From NCBI GenBank assembly GCA_963834915.1, contig CAWIDI010000004.1:146562-210561 (forward strand): a stretch of 64,000 nt of DNA. Direction: 5' to 3'. Shown here piece after piece: positions 60,819-64,000 of the stretch. Position 1 is the stretch's first letter. Every line of letters begins with the position of its first letter. The notes beneath the pieces are model-generated. The model saw nothing but the letters and a program-made list of their open reading frames with translations, searched no databases and had not been told where the DNA came from. The translations under genes were made by a program, and so were the position numbers. The DNA comes from an uncultured Chloroflexia bacterium. GTDB taxonomy: Bacteria > Chloroflexota > Limnocylindria > Limnocylindrales > CSP1-4.

Positions 60819-61506
60819 TCAGCCGGGCCGCGAGGCCGGGCCGCTCGGCGCCGAGCCACGGTGGCTGGCGCTCGGGCCGCGGTTGCTGCGCGAGGGCCGC
60901 GCGCCGCGGAGCCTGGGCCCCGGCGCCCTCGTGCCTGGCTCACCCAGCCCGGCCGTCCACCGTGCGCGTGGTGGCACAACCGACGAACGGAGCCCGCTGT
61001 CCCTTCGATCCTTCGTCGATTCCGACCCCTGACGCGTCGTTTGTGCCTCGTGGGTGGCACGAATGACGACGGACCAAGCGCGAGGTCGGTCGTTCGTCAT
61101 TTCAACCACTGGACGCAACGGCGACCGACGACCGGGCGACCGGCGACCCGGACACGTTCGCGTCGTCGACGGCGTCAGCCCCAGCATCGCGTCGGTTGAC
61201 GTGGCCGAAACACGAGTCCAGGCTTCGGCGATGGACGACCAGGGCTGTTCCATCTTCGGGATCCCGCTCATCGGCGCCATCATCGTGCTGGTGATCGTTG
61301 TCATCCTGATCGTGACTGTAGTCAGCGAGAGAGCTCAGTCACGATGCTCGTGTCGCGTGGTCCGCCGCCCCGCGATTGACCATTCGTGCGTGGAGCCGTA
61401 CACTTCGCGGTCTGCGCCTCGGCCCTGCCGGGCGTCATCCCATGTCCGACGTCCCGATCGCCACGCGCGTCGCCCGCCGTCGCATCAACCAGACCCCAGA
61501 GGACCC

Positions 61507-62223
61507 ATGTACGCAGTCATCGAGACCGGCGGGAAGCAGTATCGCGTCGAGGTCGGCACCGAGCTCGAGGTCGAGCTCCTCGACGTCGAGCCAGGCAAGA
61601 CCATCACCCTCGAGCGCGTCCTGCTCGTCGCCGACGGCGACACCTCCGCGATCGGCCGCCCGTTGGTCGAGAACGCATCGGTCAGCGCCGAGGTCGTCAC
61701 CCAGACCCGCGGGCCGAAGCTCATCTCCTTCAAGTACCGCCCCAAGGCGCGCAGCCGCGTCAAGAAGGGCCACCGCCAGGAGCTGACGGTCCTCCGCATC
61801 AGCGACATCGTGCTCGCTGGCAAGAGCGCCGCCGAGGCCGACAACAAGGCCAAGGCCGCCGCGAAGACCGAGCGCCAGAAGCTCTCGGATGCGGCCGACG
61901 CCCAGGCGGCCAAGGACGCCGAGCTCGCCGCGAAGCTCGCGGTCGGCACCGAGGCCGCGCCCAAGGCGAAGGCCCCGTCGAAGACCGAGAAGCCGGCGAA
62001 GGCCGACACCAAGGCCGACACCAAGGCCGAGACGAAGAGCGCCGCCCCGAAGGCGACCGCGGCGAAGGCGACGGCCAAGCCGGCCGCCGCGAAGGCCGAG
62101 GCGGAGCCGAAGCCTGCGGCCAAGGCCGCTCCCAAGACCACCGCCAAGGCGGCCCCCGCCAAGTCGACCGAGACGCCCGCCAAGGCGCCGAGGAAGACCA
62201 GCGCCACGAAGAAGGACGAGTAG
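61507..62223 (+). CDS. rplU: 50S ribosomal protein L21 with an approximately 135-aa Lys/Ala/Pro-rich C-terminal extension
   Basis: [25 protein letters not shown]...[28 protein letters not shown], then ...[12 protein letters not shown]...[56 protein letters not shown]... I chose ATG 61507 rather than the track start at 61054. Confidence 0.9.
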
Positions 62224-62228
62224 ACGAG

Positions 62229-62504
62229 ATGGCACACAAGAAAGCGGGCGGCAGCGTCAAGAACGGCCGCGACAGCGCCGGCCAGCGGCTCGGCGTCAAG
62301 GCCGGCGACGGCCAGACCGTCACCGCGGGCTCGATCATCGTCCGACAGCGCGGCATGACCTTCCTCGCCGGCCCCGGCACCGGTCTCGGCCGGGACTACA
62401 CGGTCTTCGCCACGATCGCGGGCAAGGTCAAGTTCGAGCACGCCACCAAGGACAAGAAGCGCATCCGGGTCGAAGCGGTCGAAGCCGCCTCGACGAGCGC
62501 CTAG
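62229..62504 (+). CDS. rpmA: 50S ribosomal protein L27
   Basis: [50 protein letters not shown]... Confidence 0.95.
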
Positions 62505-62576
62505 ACAACCGGAACGAGCCGGCGACCACCGGCGGGGCGATGGCCCTGCACGGACGGCGTCGAGGAGAAGCACCAC

Positions 62577-62789
62577 GTGAAGCCCGATATCCATCCCAAG
62601 TATTACGAAGCCAAGGTCCATTGCGGCTCGTGCGGTACCGAGTGGACCGTCGGGTCCACGCGACCGGAGCTGCGCGTCGACGTCTGCGCCAACTGCCACC
62701 CGTTCTTCACGGGCAAGCAGACGATCATCGACACCGCCGGCCAGGTCGAGCGCTTCCAGAAGCGCCTCGAGCGCACGGCTCGAACCTAA
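62577..62789 (+). CDS. rpmE: 50S ribosomal protein L31 (Zn-ribbon type A)
   Basis: [48 protein letters not shown]. Confidence 0.95.
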
Positions 62790-62824
62790 GACCCCACCGC
62801 GTCCGCCATCCGGACACGAACGAT

Positions 62825-62846
62825 CGGCGGGCCTCCCGGCCCGCCG
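62825..62846 (+). terminator. Intrinsic terminator-like hairpin after rpmE
   Basis: CGGCGGGCC-tccc-GGCCCGCCG (9-bp stem) followed by ttctgatt. Confidence 0.5.
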
Positions 62847-62880
62847 TTCTGATTCCCGGCCGGCCGGTAGACTTCCGGGC

Positions 62881-63884
62881 ATGCCCACGCTACACGTACG
62901 GCGGCCAGGCACTCATGGAGGGCGTCCTGATGCGCGGTCGCGACGCGATCGCGGTCGCCTTCCGGCACCCCGACGGCCAGATCGTCTGGGCGACCGAGCG
63001 CCTCGACTCCGGCTTCCACGCGAAGCCGTGGTCCAAGTGGCCGTTCATCCGCGGGCTCGTCGTCCTGTACGAGACGCTGGTCGTGGGCACCCGCTGGCTG
63101 ATCCGCAGCGCGAACCTGCAGGCCAGCGGCGAGGGCCTCGAGCTCGGCAAGTGGTCGGTGGCGCTGATGCTCGGCCTGACGGCGGTCTTCGGCATCGGCT
63201 TCTTCTTCCTGCTGCCGCTGTTCATCGCGAGCGTCACCACCTCGAGCGTGGACAACGGCCTCGTCCAGCACCTCTTCGAAGGGTTGATCCGGGTGGCGCT
63301 GCTCCTCGGGCTACCTCGTGGTCATCGGCCGCTCGCCGGACATCCGCCGCGTCTTCCAGTACCACGGCGCCGAGCACATGACGATCCACGCCCTCGAGGC
63401 CGGCGACCCGCTGACGGTCGGCGAGGTCCGCAAGTACCCGACGGCCCACCAGCGCTGCGGCACCGAGTTCCTGGTGATCGTGGTCCTGCTCTCGATCATC
63501 GCGTTCTCGCTGGTCGGCCGGCAGTCGCCGCTGGTGATGATCCTCAGCCGGATCGTGCTGGTCCCGGTCATCGCGGCCGTCGGCTACGAGATCCTCAAGT
63601 TCGGGGCGAAGCACCGCAAGAACCCGGTCGTGAAGGTCCTGCTCTACCCGGGCCTCCTCGTCCAGATGATCACGACGAAGCCGCCCAGCGACGACATGAT
63701 CGAGGTCGCCATCGTGTCGATGGAGCAGGCGCTCGAGGCCGACGGGGAGGCGATCCCGACCGGCTCGACCGCGTTCTCGCGGGAGCCGCTCCGGCTCGGC
63801 CTGCCGCCGGTCGCCGCACCGGTCCCGGCCGCCCCGAACCCGGCCGCCGGTCCGAACCCAGGCGACCCGCCCTCGGGGACATGA
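62881..63884 (+). pseudogene. DUF1385 family membrane protein with two apparent 1-nt insertions
   Basis: The protein is spread over successive +1 frames:
- MPTLH
- YGGQALMEGVLMRGRDAIAVAFRHPDG...HLFEGLIRVALLLG
- YLVVIGRSPDIRRVFQYHGAEHMTIHALEAG...RCGTEFLVIV...

The shifts lie near 62896 and 63311. It has the usual position between rpmE and prfA. Confidence 0.7.
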
Positions 63885-64000
63885 GCGAGCTCGACGCCAC
63901 GCTGGCCGAGGTCGCGCGTCGCTACGACGAGGTCCAGAACGACCTCGGCCGGCCGGAGGTCACCTCGGACCCCTCGGAGATCCGGCGGCTCGGACAGGAG
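63881..64000 (+). CDS. prfA: Peptide chain release factor 1 (N-terminal 40 codons; continues beyond the window)
   Basis: MSELDATLAEVARRYDEVQNDLGRPEVTSDPSEIRRLGQE. The ATG overlaps the DUF1385 stop (ATGA). The rpmE-DUF1385-prfA context is typical. Confidence 0.75.
   Translation, partial: MSELDATLAEVARRYDEVQNDLGRPEVTSDPSEIRRLGQE

Noticed and set aside
61054-61506. N-terminally extended 389-aa L21 starting at 61054
   Set aside because: The extra 151 aa are non-conserved and mostly Arg/Pro-rich. Conserved L21 begins at [14 protein letters not shown] (ATG 61507). The hydrophobic segment within it is reported separately as a finding.

Overview
High-GC (roughly 70% by eye) bacterial chromosomal window covering the replication-origin neighbourhood. 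The gene content looks Actinomycetota-like: PI/PIM lipid genes, a DUF721/DciA-like gene after recF, and DnaA boxes between dnaA and dnaN. I cannot assign a taxon from this alone.

Gene order:
- 1-1.7 kb: MFS efflux gene divergent from an ArsR repressor, with a clear operator.
- 1.7-7.6 kb: phosphatidylinositol/PIM operon (CDP-alcohol phosphatidyltransferase, ino1, two acyltransferases, PHP phosphoesterase, pimA-like GT4).
- 7.5-15.3 kb: lipid-linked glycosylation locus (1811-aa double GT-C fusion, DUF2723 GT-C, GT2).
- 15.3-19 kb: bifunctional nuclease, rhomboid, degenerate-PP2C/beta-propeller membrane protein.
- 19-24 kb: dciA-like, recF, dnaN, oriC, dnaA.
- 24-27 kb: rpmH-rnpA-yidD-yidC-jag.
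- 27-34 kb: EamA, tmRNA, AlkZ/YcaQ-like, def, NiCoT plus Fur-family regulator, MFS.
- 34-54 kb: a roughly 20-kb co-directional minus-strand array (parA-parB-gyrB-thioesterase-AlkD-like-gyrA-prs-small TM-secA-Cys-rich ORF-prfB-GNAT-ftsE-ftsX-S41 protease-smpB-proline racemase family).
- 54.2-54.4 kb: three parS sites.
- 54.6-64 kb: mreD-mrdA-rodA, J-domain protein, AI-2E permease, DUF2344, rplU-rpmA, rpmE, DUF1385, start of prfA.

No CRISPR array, transposase, integrase or recognisable defence system was seen.

Most notable observations:
- A PHP phosphoesterase is translationally coupled inside the PI operon.
- The giant GT-C fusion has a roughly 430-aa insert.
- A Cys-rich mini-ORF abuts prfB.
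- gyrB and gyrA are separated by two genes and coupled to parAB.
- At least 13 apparent single-base insertions, all in the +1 direction, interrupt conserved genes. These most likely reflect assembly error and limit confidence in any pseudogene call.

Many long ORFs in the supplied track are antisense or out-of-frame shadow ORFs typical of high-GC DNA.
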